A DNA stretch of 54,551 bases from Candidatus Limnocylindrales bacterium (GCA_035526025.1 DATLDE010000008.1:1-54551), one strand, 5' to 3'; shown: positions 26,499 to 36,883, counted from the stretch's first letter. Numbers and translations are program-made. The notes: generated by a model not told the origin, from the letters alone.

Positions 26499-28688
26499 TT
26501 ATGGGCCAGTTATTTGAATCGGTGGAATTGTGATTGCAGGCGTTGTAGGCTCAGGAGTTGATTCAGGTACGGGAGTAGGTGTTGGAGTAGGTGTGGGTGC
26601 ATCTGAGGGTGCTGCTGTTGGGCTCACACTTGGTGAAGGGGATAGAGAGATGGAAGGGGATGGAAGTTCGCAGGTATCACTTGGTTGTGTTCCTGAAATG
26701 AAGAATTCCATATATGTTTGTCTTGAATTAACACATGCCATTTGAGATACAACAAAAGTTGGTTTTTTAAATTGTTCATCCGGGAGATTAATAAAAAAAT
26801 TATTCATAATAAGCCTCCAAATAGGTGCAGCACCCAGAGATCCTGCGATATTATCCATAGGTGTATTATCATTATTTCCTACCCAAACCCCAACTACTAG
26901 ATTTGGAGTATATCCTACAGTTAATGCGTCACGGTAATCATTGGTCGTTCCTGTCTTTACAGCAGCAGGTCTTGAGACCGTGAGGGATCCGCCAAATGTT
27001 TCAGCTCTTGATTTATTGTCTGAAAGAATATTGGAGATAATGTATGAGGCTTCTTCTGAAATTGCTTTTTGTCGATCTCCGGATGATTGTAAATCTCCAA
27101 ATAAAGCTGTAAACCAATTTTTTTGATCAATTGATTCTCCATATTTATCTTTTATATCTATGAAATATTTGGGTGTATTACGGACACCTTTATTGGCAAA
27201 TACTGCATATGAGTTTGTCAGATCGATTAGTTTTACTTCCCCAGCGCCAAGGACCAATGAGAGTCCATAATTTGAAGCGTCTCTATTTAAAGTGGTAATT
27301 CCCAATTTTTTTGCATGATCAAGCCCGCTTTGTACGCCAACTTTTTCCATGACCTCCACTGCCGGAATATTAAGAGAATTTGCCAAAGCCCGTCTCACAG
27401 TAACCGGACCTCTGAATCTTTTATCATAATTTAAAGGTTTGTAATTGCCCTCAAATGTTTTGGGACTATCATCAAGAATAGTTGCTGCTGTAATAGTTTT
27501 GTTTTCAATAGCCTCTGAATAAATGAGTGGCTTAAATGATGAGCCGGGCTGCCTAGGACTGATAGACATATTTGTTTTTCCATATTTTTCGTCCATCCAG
27601 TCATAGCTCCCGACCATAACAAGTATTTCACTCGTCTTTGGGTCTAGTGCCACTACGGCGCCATTTCCGGCATCATTAAATTTCAAATTGGCAATTTGAT
27701 TTTTGACAACCCGCTCAGAATATTCCTGCTGAGTTCGATCTAGAGTTGTTCTGACTTGAAAACCTTCTTTTATAATCCGCTCTTCGCCGTATTTTTTAAC
27801 AAGTTCATTTTTTACATATATCGCAAAATGTGGCGCTAGAATATTGCTGTCTTCCATTGTTGCAGGATCGTATTTAAGTTCTTTAGAGAGCGCAGCTTTT
27901 TTTTCGCTTGGTGTGATATATTCTTCCTCAACCATTTCTGATAGAACTATATTTTGGCGTCTGAGTGCCTTTGCATCGTCATTTGATATCGGAGAATACG
28001 CAGAGGGGGCCGGGAGCAGTCCTACCAAGAGCGCAGATTCGTTAAGATTTAGTTCTTTCGCTGATTTTCCAAAGTATGCAAGAGATGCATTTTCAATACC
28101 AAATGCGCCTTCACCAAAATAAACAGAGTTGAGATACATTTCCAGAATATCTTCTTTGCTAAATCTTCTATTTAATTCAGCTGCAAGAACAATTTCCTGA
28201 TATTTTCTGAGAAAATTTCTCCTAGATGTCAGGAAAGCATTTTTGGCAAGTTCTTGAGTGATAGTTGATCCACCTTCAACTATTTTCCCGGCAAAAATAT
28301 TTACAATAAAAGCTCGACCAATTCCGCGGATAGAAAATCCGGGATTGGTATAGAAATTTTTATCTTCAGTTGCTATTACGGCTTTTTGTGTTGAGTCAGG
28401 AATTTCAGAAATTGGGATATATTTTATTTCTTTTGGTTGGTAAAAAGTGAAGAATGTTTCTCCGTCTCTGGTCTGAAGGGTTAAGCCTGTTTTGCCTCTA
28501 TTGATTACACTTCGCTTGTCTTTCAAATCTTTTGCAAAATAAAGATATGTGGCAGGCGGAATCAAAAGTCCAATTATAATCATGATAATAAAAACCCAGA
28601 TAATCGCGCGTCTATGTTTTTTGACAAAACTTTTCAAAAATGGTTTTAGCTTAAATTCTTTCCATTTTACACCAATTCTTTTTCTCAT
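26499..28688 (-). CDS. Class A penicillin-binding protein (transglycosylase/transpeptidase) with Pro/Thr-rich tail
   Basis: N-terminal TM helix, ATEDKNFY, GGSTITQELAKN, RKYQE, SSFK, SLN and KTG motifs. Confidence 0.95.
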   Translation of the reverse strand: MRKRIGVKWKEFKLKPFLKSFVKKHRRAIIWVFIIMIIIGLLIPPATYLYFAKDLKDKRSVINRGKTGLTLQTRDGETFFTFYQPKEIKYIPISEIPDSTQKAVIATEDKNFYTNPGFSIRGIGRAFIVNIFAGKIVEGGSTITQELAKNAFLTSRRNFLRKYQEIVLAAELNRRFSKEDILEMYLNSVYFGEGAFGIENASLAYFGKSAKELNLNESALLVGLLPAPSAYSPISNDDAKALRRQNIVLSEMVEEEYITPSEKKAALSKELKYDPATMEDSNILAPHFAIYVKNELVKKYGEERIIKEGFQVRTTLDRTQQEYSERVVKNQIANLKFNDAGNGAVVALDPKTSEILVMVGSYDWMDEKYGKTNMSISPRQPGSSFKPLIYSEAIENKTITAATILDDSPKTFEGNYKPLNYDKRFRGPVTVRRALANSLNIPAVEVMEKVGVQSGLDHAKKLGITTLNRDASNYGLSLVLGAGEVKLIDLTNSYAVFANKGVRNTPKYFIDIKDKYGESIDQKNWFTALFGDLQSSGDRQKAISEEASYIISNILSDNKSRAETFGGSLTVSRPAAVKTGTTNDYRDALTVGYTPNLVVGVWVGNNDNTPMDNIAGSLGAAPIWRLIMNNFFINLPDEQFKKPTFVVSQMACVNSRQTYMEFFISGTQPSDTCELPSPSISLSPSPSVSPTAAPSDAPTPTPTPTPVPESTPEPTTPAITIPPIQITGP

Positions 28689-28731
28689 AAACGTGTGTCC
28701 ATTTTACCACAAAATCTGATAAAATAGATTT

Positions 28732-29142
28732 ATGAATGACATGAAAGATAAGCCAGAGGAGTATTGGAAAGAGAAGCTGACGCCTGAGCAGTACCGCGTT
28801 TTGCGGGAAAAGGGGACAGAAGCGCCATTTAGTGGTAAATATACAGAAAATAATGAGGCAGGTGTTTATAAGTGTGCGGCTTGTGGAGCGATGCTGTTCA
28901 CTACAGATGCTCAGCATGAATCAAAAACCCCTGGATTGACAGGTTGGCCGAGTTTTTCAGAGATAGCGGAGTCTGGTTCGGTTGAATTGGTGGAGGACAA
29001 TAGTATGGGCATGAATCGGATAGAGGCAATATGCGCAAACTGCGGAGGTCACCTAGGACATGTTTTTGAAGGAGTGAATGATACCCCAACTGGTAAGCAT
29101 TATTGCATTAATTCCTGCGCGCTGGATTTTACAAAGAAGTAA
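28732..29142 (+). CDS. msrB: Peptide methionine sulfoxide reductase MsrB
   Basis: LREKGTEAPF, CAAC, GWPSF, CANCGGHLGHVF and YCINS motifs. Confidence 0.96.
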   Translation: MNDMKDKPEEYWKEKLTPEQYRVLREKGTEAPFSGKYTENNEAGVYKCAACGAMLFTTDAQHESKTPGLTGWPSFSEIAESGSVELVEDNSMGMNRIEAICANCGGHLGHVFEGVNDTPTGKHYCINSCALDFTKK

Positions 29143-29253
29143 GGGTTAAGAATTTAGGCGCGCTTGAGGTTATAATTTATTTCCTAGATAAATGTATAAA
29201 TCATAATTCATACTTCTTGATTCATTATTCTATTACCGTGCTACAATAAATTC

Positions 29254-29622
29254 ATGGATATAAATCCTATTTGCCCTGGTTGTCATATTCAAATTCTCCC
29301 AATGTTTTATTTTTGTCCCAACTGCGGGAAAAATCTTAGACCCAAACCTTTTTCTATATCCATCGGAAAACAAGTTGGATTATATTTATTGAGTTTTTTC
29401 GTTCCACCCTTTGGTTTGGTTCCTGGTATTAAATATCTATTTCAAAAAAGTGGTAAAGCCAAAGTAGTAGGAGTAGTCGCTATTTGCTTAACAGCAATAT
29501 CAATATTATTAACTATTACAATAGCACTGGGAATGATGAATTATATGCAGACGTTATTAAATCCTCAACTAAATGGTCAAATCCAAAATATTCAATCACC
29601 AATTGACCAATTACCGCTTTAA
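29254..29622 (+). CDS. Double zinc-ribbon membrane protein
   Basis: CPGC...FCPNCG followed by two hydrophobic helices; TGCTACAAT lies 6 nt before the ATG. Confidence 0.8.
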   Translation: MDINPICPGCHIQILPMFYFCPNCGKNLRPKPFSISIGKQVGLYLLSFFVPPFGLVPGIKYLFQKSGKAKVVGVVAICLTAISILLTITIALGMMNYMQTLLNPQLNGQIQNIQSPIDQLPL

Positions 29623-29631
29623 TCAAATAGA

Positions 29632-29736
29632 TTAGCGATTTCGAGCTGGGACATAGGCTTTTCGAGTGCGTTTTATTTTACCTGCAATAACTGGTAAGAG
29701 TGTTGTTATTCCAATAATTATTATTAATCCTAACAT
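29632..29736 (-). CDS. 34-aa single-TM small protein (not in ORF track)
   Basis: MLGLIIIIGITTLLPVIAGKIKRTRKAYVPARNR. AAAGGAGG (29750-29743) immediately follows the upstream stop and lies 6 nt before the ATG. Confidence 0.7.
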   Translation of the reverse strand: MLGLIIIIGITTLLPVIAGKIKRTRKAYVPARNR

Positions 29737-29750
29737 AAAAAACCTCCTTT

Positions 29751-31061
29751 CTAAAGAGTCAGCAAATCAAGCGCAACCGCCGCAGACCAAGCCTGCTGAG
29801 TACAGCTTTGTTTGCCCCATTTATTTTCATAAGGAATATATTTTCCTTCTTTTGTCTTGATATAAAGCTCAATTGGTGAGCCAAAAAACTCGATTGGTAG
29901 AAGTGCTGCTTTTCTGAGATCTTCTGCTTTTTCGACATAACCGGTATTTATAAGTCCTTCATGAATCATGCCATTTAGCTTTGGCCAAAAGCTGCCGTTG
30001 TGGTATGAGTCTTTATCGGCATTGAAAATAGTAGATTTTGTGCTCATTGTGCGTATTCCAGCTGTTGGATCAAACATATCCGGCATAAAAGAACGATTAA
30101 CTAAATCAGGTATAAATTTATTATCAAGTATTGACTCAACTTTCCCTTGGTTTTCATATGTTGACCAGAGAAGAAGAAGGGGATTACCAGTAATAGTCTT
30201 AATCTGATTTTTTCTACCATCAAGAGCTTGTGCCGGAAAATTAAATCCTTCTGTCTGAAACATGAATGATTCGTTGAAAGATGTTTTAATTATCTCAGCC
30301 TGCTCATTAAGTTTATTCGAGAAATGTTTTGAGTTAAGATTATTTACTTTTAAGTCCGCATAGAATTCAGCCCAGAGTTTAAAGGCGAGCCAGGCATAAC
30401 CCTGTACCTCAACTGGTGCGATGGGGTAGAGAGGGAATTTGCCATCTGCTTGAGTTAATGATTCATGCGAGTCTGTCCATGACTGAACAACAAGGCCACC
30501 ATGTACTCTTTCTTTTGGCAACTCATACTCCAAAAGTCCATCTTTATCTTTATCCCCATACGTAATCATCCAATTAAGTCCCTTTTCAACAGCGGGGAGT
30601 GCTTTTAATAAAAATACGCTGTCACCTGTCAGCTTCCAATATTTATAAATGGCGATTAATCCTAGGGGCGTTGAATCAATGGAATCATAATTTCTTAGGA
30701 TTTTATCTGGATAAAGATACCAAGGTCGTGGTCTATTGATGAGATTTTCATATTTATCTTTTCTGTATTCATGGATGAATTTACCAGGTTCTTCACCGCT
30801 TTCAATATTGCTTGAACGTCCTTGTAGAGTGATAAGTGTGGTAAGCGCTCTTTGGCACATTTCCATAAGAGGTTTTTTATCAAAAGCAGTAGTTGTTGCA
30901 GGGTTTTCACATACTTTGAGAAGCTTGAGTATGGTTATAAAACTATCTCGTCCGAAAATGCAGCCAAATCTTTCCTCGACACTTGAAGCGTTTATGCCCT
31001 CATCAGTTGCAAAGCTTAACATTGAGTTATAGATACTGGTTCGTAGAGCATTTGTAGTCAT
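29751..31061 (-). CDS. Glycogen-debranching-enzyme family (amylo-alpha-1,6-glucosidase-like) glycoside hydrolase
   Basis: FGRDS, GEEPGKFIHE, YDSIDSTPL, WTDS, EVQGY and YHNGSFWP motifs. Minus-strand promoter TTGACA(31201-196)-17-TACATT(31178-73). Confidence 0.85.
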   Translation of the reverse strand: MTTNALRTSIYNSMLSFATDEGINASSVEERFGCIFGRDSFITILKLLKVCENPATTTAFDKKPLMEMCQRALTTLITLQGRSSNIESGEEPGKFIHEYRKDKYENLINRPRPWYLYPDKILRNYDSIDSTPLGLIAIYKYWKLTGDSVFLLKALPAVEKGLNWMITYGDKDKDGLLEYELPKERVHGGLVVQSWTDSHESLTQADGKFPLYPIAPVEVQGYAWLAFKLWAEFYADLKVNNLNSKHFSNKLNEQAEIIKTSFNESFMFQTEGFNFPAQALDGRKNQIKTITGNPLLLLWSTYENQGKVESILDNKFIPDLVNRSFMPDMFDPTAGIRTMSTKSTIFNADKDSYHNGSFWPKLNGMIHEGLINTGYVEKAEDLRKAALLPIEFFGSPIELYIKTKEGKYIPYENKWGKQSCTQQAWSAAVALDLLTL

Positions 31062-31230
31062 ATAATTACATGAAGAAAGTTCTTAAACTACTTCCGGAAT
31101 ACCTCCTTTTGTGGGGTGTGTAATAGATTTGTATGAATATTGTAGTAAAACCATATGGGCAGTGTAAGACCCAATGTAACATGTTAAAAAATACTTGTCA
31201 AGCCTGTGAAGCGTTAATTAGAAATCTTAA

Positions 31231-32328
31231 CTATGTATTCTTCCGGGGCAATGAAAGCGCAGGTGAAAAAATGTCTGTTTTTGAGATTTTTCTAATAGAT
31301 TTGTCTCTGCCTTTTAGAATAGTTTGATATACCAATTCGTATTGGTCGGTCATTTTCTCTACATTAAAGTTTTGAAGAGCGTATCTTCGACAGACTCTCC
31401 TATTAATATTTGCGATATGTGAAATTGCGTCTACCATTTCATCAGGTGTTTCTACCACATAACCATTTCTACCATTTTTAATAAGTTCAGGGATAGAACC
31501 TCTGTTAAATGCAACAACAGGTGCTCCACAAGCCATGGCCTCAATCATAGTCAATCCAAAAGGTTCTTCCCAGCAAGCCGGGTGTAAGAACGCAAGCGTA
31601 TTAGCCATTAGTTTATTCCTTTCAAGCTCGTTTACTTCACCTATCCAGGAAATTTGATCATTTAGATATGGTTTAATTTTTTCCTCGAAATATGGTCTAT
31701 GTAATTCATCCAGTTTGGCGGCGATAATGAGTCTTTTGTTCAGCTTTTGTGCAACACCGATTGCATGATGAAGCCCTTTTTTAGGAGCAATTCGCCCGAC
31801 ATAGAGTAAATAATCTTTGTGTGTGTCAGAGAAGGGATAATTTCTCATATCAAACCCATGATAAATAGTCGTGATGTGATTGATGGCAGCATTTTTAGGG
31901 ACCTGGGCTTCAGAAATTGAGATTAGATAAGGATTATTTAGGTTTTCATAAAGCTCTTGATTTCCTGGGTCAATAGGCCCATGAAGGGTTGCAACTACAG
32001 GTGTTTGCGCCAGATTAGCGGTTGGGGTACTAAAAGGAAGATTGTGATCATGAATGATATCAAATTCTTCCTGGCGTTGGTAGGGAATTCCAATACCCAT
32101 TAGCCGAATGGAATTTATTTTAAAATCATCAAGTTTTGCCTGTCTCAGATGAGTTGGATAAATAGGGAAAAGTCTTGCCGTAGTTATTGAGTCTCCGCTT
32201 GCAAAAAGAGTGACGTCATGACCCCTTTTTACCAATTCTTCAGTAAGTGCTGATACTACTCTTTCAGTTCCGCCGTAGGTTTTTGGAGGTACTCGCTCAA
32301 TAAGTGGTGCAATCTGTGCGATTTTCAT
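31231..32328 (-). CDS. GT4 glycosyltransferase
   Basis: PPKTYGGTERVV, VTLFASGDS, YVGRIAPKKG and EEPFGLTMIEAMACGAPV motifs. Confidence 0.93.
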   Translation of the reverse strand: MKIAQIAPLIERVPPKTYGGTERVVSALTEELVKRGHDVTLFASGDSITTARLFPIYPTHLRQAKLDDFKINSIRLMGIGIPYQRQEEFDIIHDHNLPFSTPTANLAQTPVVATLHGPIDPGNQELYENLNNPYLISISEAQVPKNAAINHITTIYHGFDMRNYPFSDTHKDYLLYVGRIAPKKGLHHAIGVAQKLNKRLIIAAKLDELHRPYFEEKIKPYLNDQISWIGEVNELERNKLMANTLAFLHPACWEEPFGLTMIEAMACGAPVVAFNRGSIPELIKNGRNGYVVETPDEMVDAISHIANINRRVCRRYALQNFNVEKMTDQYELVYQTILKGRDKSIRKISKTDIFSPALSLPRKNT

Positions 32329-32329
32329 T

Positions 32330-32358
32330 GTATATTTATCTTAATAAGATAAATATAC
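32330..32358. promoter_or_regulatory. Near-perfect 29-bp palindrome abutting the GT4 start (candidate operator)
   Basis: GTATATTTATCTT-AAT-AAGATAAATATAC, 13-bp perfect arms, 1 nt from ATG 32328. Confidence 0.45.
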
Positions 32359-32467
32359 GTTATACAGATAAGACATGAAACAAAAAAATGTAAGGAAAGG
32401 GAAAGAGGGGAATCACATAGAGAAACATATTATCAAGGTAAAAAAATTTTGAATTTAGTTGGGTTGA

Positions 32468-32929
32468 TTAGCGCTTTGAGGTTGCGAGCTTTTGAAGAAG
32501 TTTTTTTGCGTTTTGTGCTTTTTGTTCTGTTAATGGTTGAGTAGTTGGCTCTGTTCCTTCCGTAGCTTCACCACCTCGCCTACGATAAGCTCCTATAGGG
32601 ATATCAATAGTATAAGGATCTGACTTAGGAATATCTGACTCAGGAATTTCTGACTTAGGAGGAGTTACATCAATTTTTAATTTTTTCGCTCCATACGAAA
32701 CGCTTACTCCAGTATTTCCATCATGACCAGTACTTACTAATCTCCACTCATGCCCTCTATGAAGCTCCGGAGGTGTTGTGGAATCAGGTTTTAGAAAGTC
32801 CCATATGCCATATCCATGGTTTCTTGATCTTTTCCTTGCGATTTTTCTTTCTCTGTGGACCACATCTTTTGCTACGCTTTTGAGTTCTTTTAACGTTCTT
32901 CTATTGACGGGGGGACTAGCTTCAACCAT
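32468..32929 (-). CDS. Hypothetical protein
   Basis: 153-aa ORF with TATAAT 9 nt upstream on the minus strand; no motif recognised. Confidence 0.65.
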   Translation of the reverse strand: MVEASPPVNRRTLKELKSVAKDVVHRERKIARKRSRNHGYGIWDFLKPDSTTPPELHRGHEWRLVSTGHDGNTGVSVSYGAKKLKIDVTPPKSEIPESDIPKSDPYTIDIPIGAYRRRGGEATEGTEPTTQPLTEQKAQNAKKLLQKLATSKR

Positions 32930-33017
32930 ATTTTAGCGATTATAATCATATAGCACATATTTGTCAATAAATACATTTTTAAATGAATTAGATTATTTGT
33001 TGTGGCTTATTGAATAT

Positions 33018-34238
33018 TTATTTTTTTTCAAACTTGTCTTTCATTAAATTCCATAATTCTGGATAATCTTTATCGTATCCTAGCACCCAGATTGCCACAC
33101 CCTTAAAGTCTTGCTGATTTGCGAAATCATATTTGATTCCGATAGATTTTTCGTTTTCGAACCAGACTTGATGCTCTATTTTGGTCTTTGGATCTATGTA
33201 CCAGCACCAAGGTTCCTTTGCGTAATCATCAAATTTGCACTGAGTTTTTTTGAAGTGTTTAAATTCTTTGGCCCTGGCATATGACATGACTGCTGAATAA
33301 TTGTCAGGATTATCCTGGAGCAAAGTGGAGCTTTGAATTGTTTCTCCGCTTATGACTGCCCAATCCCATCCATAATGAGGAACACCCATCACGATTTTTT
33401 CTTTGGGAATATATTTTTCTAGGTCTTCATACATCGTTTCAACATCGAAGTAGAATTTATTTTCCTTAAAACCTGTCATAGGAGCAATTGGACCAGCTGT
33501 TGGGGATGATCCTCCGTTGAAATCATATGACATACCTATAAAATTGTCATAAAAAGGCACAAGCTTTTCAAAGTCATTTATATCGGGAGTTCTGGCAGAT
33601 CGAGGCATAATGCTTATTTCAAGTTTGTTATTTGGGTTCTGTTTTTTCATCGTTACATTTAATCTTTTACTGAAATCAGTGAATTTTTGTTTATATTTAT
33701 CATCCGGAGCGCCAGTATATTCAAAATCAATATTTATTCCATCTAGCTTACGGGACTGAATTTCATTTAGTATGTTGGATATTAACTTTTGCTGGGTGGG
33801 AACGCTATCAAGTATGGATTTGATGTCATTATTGTCCTGACATATTATGGAGAGCGTAAATTTTGTCCCAAATATATGTGATTTTGTAATAAGGTCTTTG
33901 ATTTTTTCACTTTCCCATTCACGCTTACCAGGATTTGTTTCCCCATTGTAAACAGTTATAAATTCTCCATCACCATTTACAAAAAGTCCGAAATAGTTTA
34001 TTTCAGTTATGAGATCAAGTTGGGTATATTTGCTATCATCTATTCTCCAGTAAGGCAAAAATCCAAGGCTTTCTCTCTTCATTTCTACACTAGGACTTAA
34101 TTTATGTTCAAGGTAATACTTTGCGGATTTAAGAGGCTTAGTTTCGGGGTATTTCTGCTTGAGGTGATACCAAAACCCAGTTAAGCAACTCACAATAAGC
34201 AATACAAAAAATAGAACCAATAATAAAATTTTTTTCAC
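33018..34238 (-). CDS. GH18 glycoside hydrolase (chitinase/YdhD-like) with N-terminal anchor
   Basis: LDGINIDFEY catalytic motif, MSYDF, VMGVPHYGWDW and AIWVLGYD; GTG start. Confidence 0.9.
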   Translation of the reverse strand: MKKILLLVLFFVLLIVSCLTGFWYHLKQKYPETKPLKSAKYYLEHKLSPSVEMKRESLGFLPYWRIDDSKYTQLDLITEINYFGLFVNGDGEFITVYNGETNPGKREWESEKIKDLITKSHIFGTKFTLSIICQDNNDIKSILDSVPTQQKLISNILNEIQSRKLDGINIDFEYTGAPDDKYKQKFTDFSKRLNVTMKKQNPNNKLEISIMPRSARTPDINDFEKLVPFYDNFIGMSYDFNGGSSPTAGPIAPMTGFKENKFYFDVETMYEDLEKYIPKEKIVMGVPHYGWDWAVISGETIQSSTLLQDNPDNYSAVMSYARAKEFKHFKKTQCKFDDYAKEPWCWYIDPKTKIEHQVWFENEKSIGIKYDFANQQDFKGVAIWVLGYDKDYPELWNLMKDKFEKK

Positions 34239-34325
34239 GTTTAACCATTATAAATATAAAGCTACAAATTTACAATTTAAAACTGCGAATTGCAATCTGA
34301 AATTTATCTGTGTTAATCTGAATGT

Positions 34326-35300
34326 ATGTCAAGAATATATGATGTGATTGCAATTGGGGAGGCGACGATTGATGCATTCATGACAATTCATGACTCCTCG
34401 GATAAAGTTAACTATGATCGGGAAAGCGGAAAGCTGGAGTTCAAGCACGGCGAGAAGATAAATGTTCAAAGTTATGATTTCCTGATGGGTGGAAATGCAG
34501 CAAATGTGGCCGTTGGCTTGACGAGGCTTGGACTTAATGCAACGCTTGCTTGTGAGATAGGGGATGATGAGTTCTCGATCAAAATTCGCAATCATCTCGC
34601 AAAAGAAAATGTTGAAAGAGTACTTGTCACACAAGGAAAGGGTAGACAATCCAATTTCTCAGTAATTATAAATTTTCAGGGGGATAGGACTATATTTAAT
34701 GAAGACCTCAAAAGGGAACACAAATTCAGTTATGACGAGATAGCAGCCAAGTATATTTATTTGACTAGTATGGGAGAGGACTGGGTGATAGCTTATGAGG
34801 AAGCAGTTGAGTTTGCAAAAAAGCATGGTGGACAAATAGCTTTTAATCCCGGGACACATCAACTCCGCAATCACACAGGGACAATTCATAAAATCATGAA
34901 AGATACAGAAATTTTATTCGTAAATAAAGAAGAAGCCGAGTTGATTTTATTTAATCATTATAATAAAAAGATTGATAATTCTGATTCCTATATCAAAAAA
35001 TTGTGCCAGGAGTTACAAGAGCTAGGACCAAGGATTATAGTTATGACCAATGGACATGAGGGCTCGCATGTGCAAGATTCCGAAGGGAATTTTAAAAGTC
35101 AGGAACTATTTCCAGGAAAAAATGTTGAACGTACAGGTGCAGGCGATGCATATGCGTCTGGATTTTTGGGTGCTATACTTCATGATAAATCTTTGGAGGA
35201 GGCAATGAAGTGGGGTTCTATAAATGCAGCGGCTGTCGTAGGTATAGTGGGTGCTGAAACCGGTCTTTTAACCAAGTCTCAAATTCAAGAGAAGCTATAA
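34326..35300 (+). CDS. PfkB-family carbohydrate kinase
   Basis: GGNAANVAVGLTRLG, FNPG, FVNKEEA and ERTGAGDAYASGF motifs. Confidence 0.92.
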   Translation: MSRIYDVIAIGEATIDAFMTIHDSSDKVNYDRESGKLEFKHGEKINVQSYDFLMGGNAANVAVGLTRLGLNATLACEIGDDEFSIKIRNHLAKENVERVLVTQGKGRQSNFSVIINFQGDRTIFNEDLKREHKFSYDEIAAKYIYLTSMGEDWVIAYEEAVEFAKKHGGQIAFNPGTHQLRNHTGTIHKIMKDTEILFVNKEEAELILFNHYNKKIDNSDSYIKKLCQELQELGPRIIVMTNGHEGSHVQDSEGNFKSQELFPGKNVERTGAGDAYASGFLGAILHDKSLEEAMKWGSINAAAVVGIVGAETGLLTKSQIQEKL

Positions 35301-36341
35301 ATCCTGTGCGTGGGATACAAAACTATCATCTTTTAATTGTGATTCATCTAGTTCTCCCATGCTTGCTGCACTTGCGAGTTCCAACTGGTGCAGGAATAAA
35401 TCCTGAATTTCCTTAGTAGCAGTTCTGTCTTTTGCCCAGAGCTTAAGTACTGGATCCTGAAGAGCACGAGAATACGAGAAAGTAACTCCCCATGGATGTG
35501 GCCCTTTTTGCGCAATCTTATTGAGATTGATAAAAGCGTCATTGCTTGTCTGTCCACCGCTTAAGAAAACAACACCAGCCAAGTCTTGCGGTACATGTTC
35601 GTGAAGCACTTTAACAGTTCGCGTTGAGGTGTCTTCATGATCTATTTCTGTTCCACTTGTTTTGCCTGGAAGTACCATACTTGTTTTGAGAATAAGTCCA
35701 GGGTTATGAACCTTGAATGACTTAAGTGTTTTGAAGAGTACGTCTAAAGTGTGTGATAGCACCTCTTCACAGCTTTGTATGCTATGTGTGCCATCAAACA
35801 ACACTTCGGGCTCAACCATAGGGACTATTCCAGCATCTTGGCAAATCCTGGCATATCTTGCTAGCACAAATGCATTGGCCTGGATACATTCCTCAGAGGG
35901 AATTCCTTCTCCTATGGTGATGACAGAGCGCCATTTGGCAAATCTTGCACCCGATTCATAATATTTGATCATTTGCTCTGGAAGTCCATCAAGTCCTTGT
36001 GTCAGTTTTTCATTTTCAAAACCCGGTAGATCAATAAGTCCCTTATCTACTTTTATACCAGGCTCAACAGATTTGGATTTAAGATAATCAGGGATGCTTT
36101 GACCGTCATTGGTCTTTTGCCAGAATGTCTCGTCATACAGGATGACCCCGCTCATGTAATTTTCAGCCCCTGGGGTGGTCATCATGAGCTGTCTGTATTC
36201 TCGTCTTGATTCTTCTGTGCATTCAACACCGACACCATCAAAGCGCTTTTTACAACTTGCGTTACTCTCATCAGCTGCTAAAAGGCCTTTCCCTTTTGCA
36301 ACGAGGCTCTTAGCGTTTTTTTCTAGTTCTTCGTTATTCAT
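35295..36341 (-). CDS. Class I fructose-bisphosphate aldolase (eukaryote-like family)
   Basis: KGLLAADES, GIKVDKG, AKWR, VPMVEPEV, Schiff-base LKTSMV, FLSGGQ and FSYSRALQ motifs. Confidence 0.94.
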   Translation of the reverse strand: MNNEELEKNAKSLVAKGKGLLAADESNASCKKRFDGVGVECTEESRREYRQLMMTTPGAENYMSGVILYDETFWQKTNDGQSIPDYLKSKSVEPGIKVDKGLIDLPGFENEKLTQGLDGLPEQMIKYYESGARFAKWRSVITIGEGIPSEECIQANAFVLARYARICQDAGIVPMVEPEVLFDGTHSIQSCEEVLSHTLDVLFKTLKSFKVHNPGLILKTSMVLPGKTSGTEIDHEDTSTRTVKVLHEHVPQDLAGVVFLSGGQTSNDAFINLNKIAQKGPHPWGVTFSYSRALQDPVLKLWAKDRTATKEIQDLFLHQLELASAASMGELDESQLKDDSFVSHAQDL

Positions 36342-36418
36342 TACTATCTAATCCTAAACATTTGAAATGTAAAATGCAAGTGATCGAATAGAAATTTTTC
36401 AAGTGATATAATAAAATC

Positions 36419-36883
36419 ATGCCAAAAACTGCGAAAGGCGAGAAACATTTCACTGCCTCTGCCTGGATACTCTCTAAATCCATTCCTAAAAAGATCATTC
36501 TAGTCCATCATAAAAAGCATAACAAGTGGTTGCAGCCAGGGGGACACATTGAAAAGTTTGAAAATCCAGTTGAGGCGGTTATAAGGGAAGTAAAAGAAGA
36601 AACAGGGTTGGATATAAATTTTCTTAGAAATAAAATAGATGTATTGAGCAATGCTGATAAATTCTTGCCAATCCCGGATTTTTTACAGGAGCAAAATATC
36701 CCGTCCCATGGAGATGAACCGCAACATTTTCATCTGGACATTAATTACGTGGTTGAAGTTGAAGAGCAAGAGTTGAAGCAAAACAAATCTGAGTTGAATG
36801 ACATCGGTTGGTTCACAAAAAAAGAAGCACTTAAGCTGTCAATTCATGAAAATACAAGAATAATACTATCAAAAATATTATAA
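36419..36883 (+). CDS. NUDIX hydrolase
   Basis: Nudix box GGHIEKFENPVEAVIREVKEETGL; TGATATAAT lies 6 nt before the ATG. Confidence 0.92.
   Translation: MPKTAKGEKHFTASAWILSKSIPKKIILVHHKKHNKWLQPGGHIEKFENPVEAVIREVKEETGLDINFLRNKIDVLSNADKFLPIPDFLQEQNIPSHGDEPQHFHLDINYVVEVEEQELKQNKSELNDIGWFTKKEALKLSIHENTRIILSKIL

Noticed and set aside
26499-26660. Pro/Thr/Ser repeats at the PBP C-terminus (also in the 16671 and 24282 ORFs) as DNA repeat elements
   Set aside because: Ordinary low-complexity protein linkers with synonymous variation, not discrete repeats.
31083-31154. 23-codon uORF and an orphan AAAAGGAGGT in the leader of the debranching-type hydrolase
   Set aside because: The uORF has no SD and the SD-like tract has no start codon at a usable distance. 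Nothing supports function; it may be a remnant.
34263-34304. Possible fifth heptamer-periodic element between GH18 and pfkB
   Set aside because: Only one weakly periodic arm and no inverted partner; not distinguishable from AT-rich promoter DNA.
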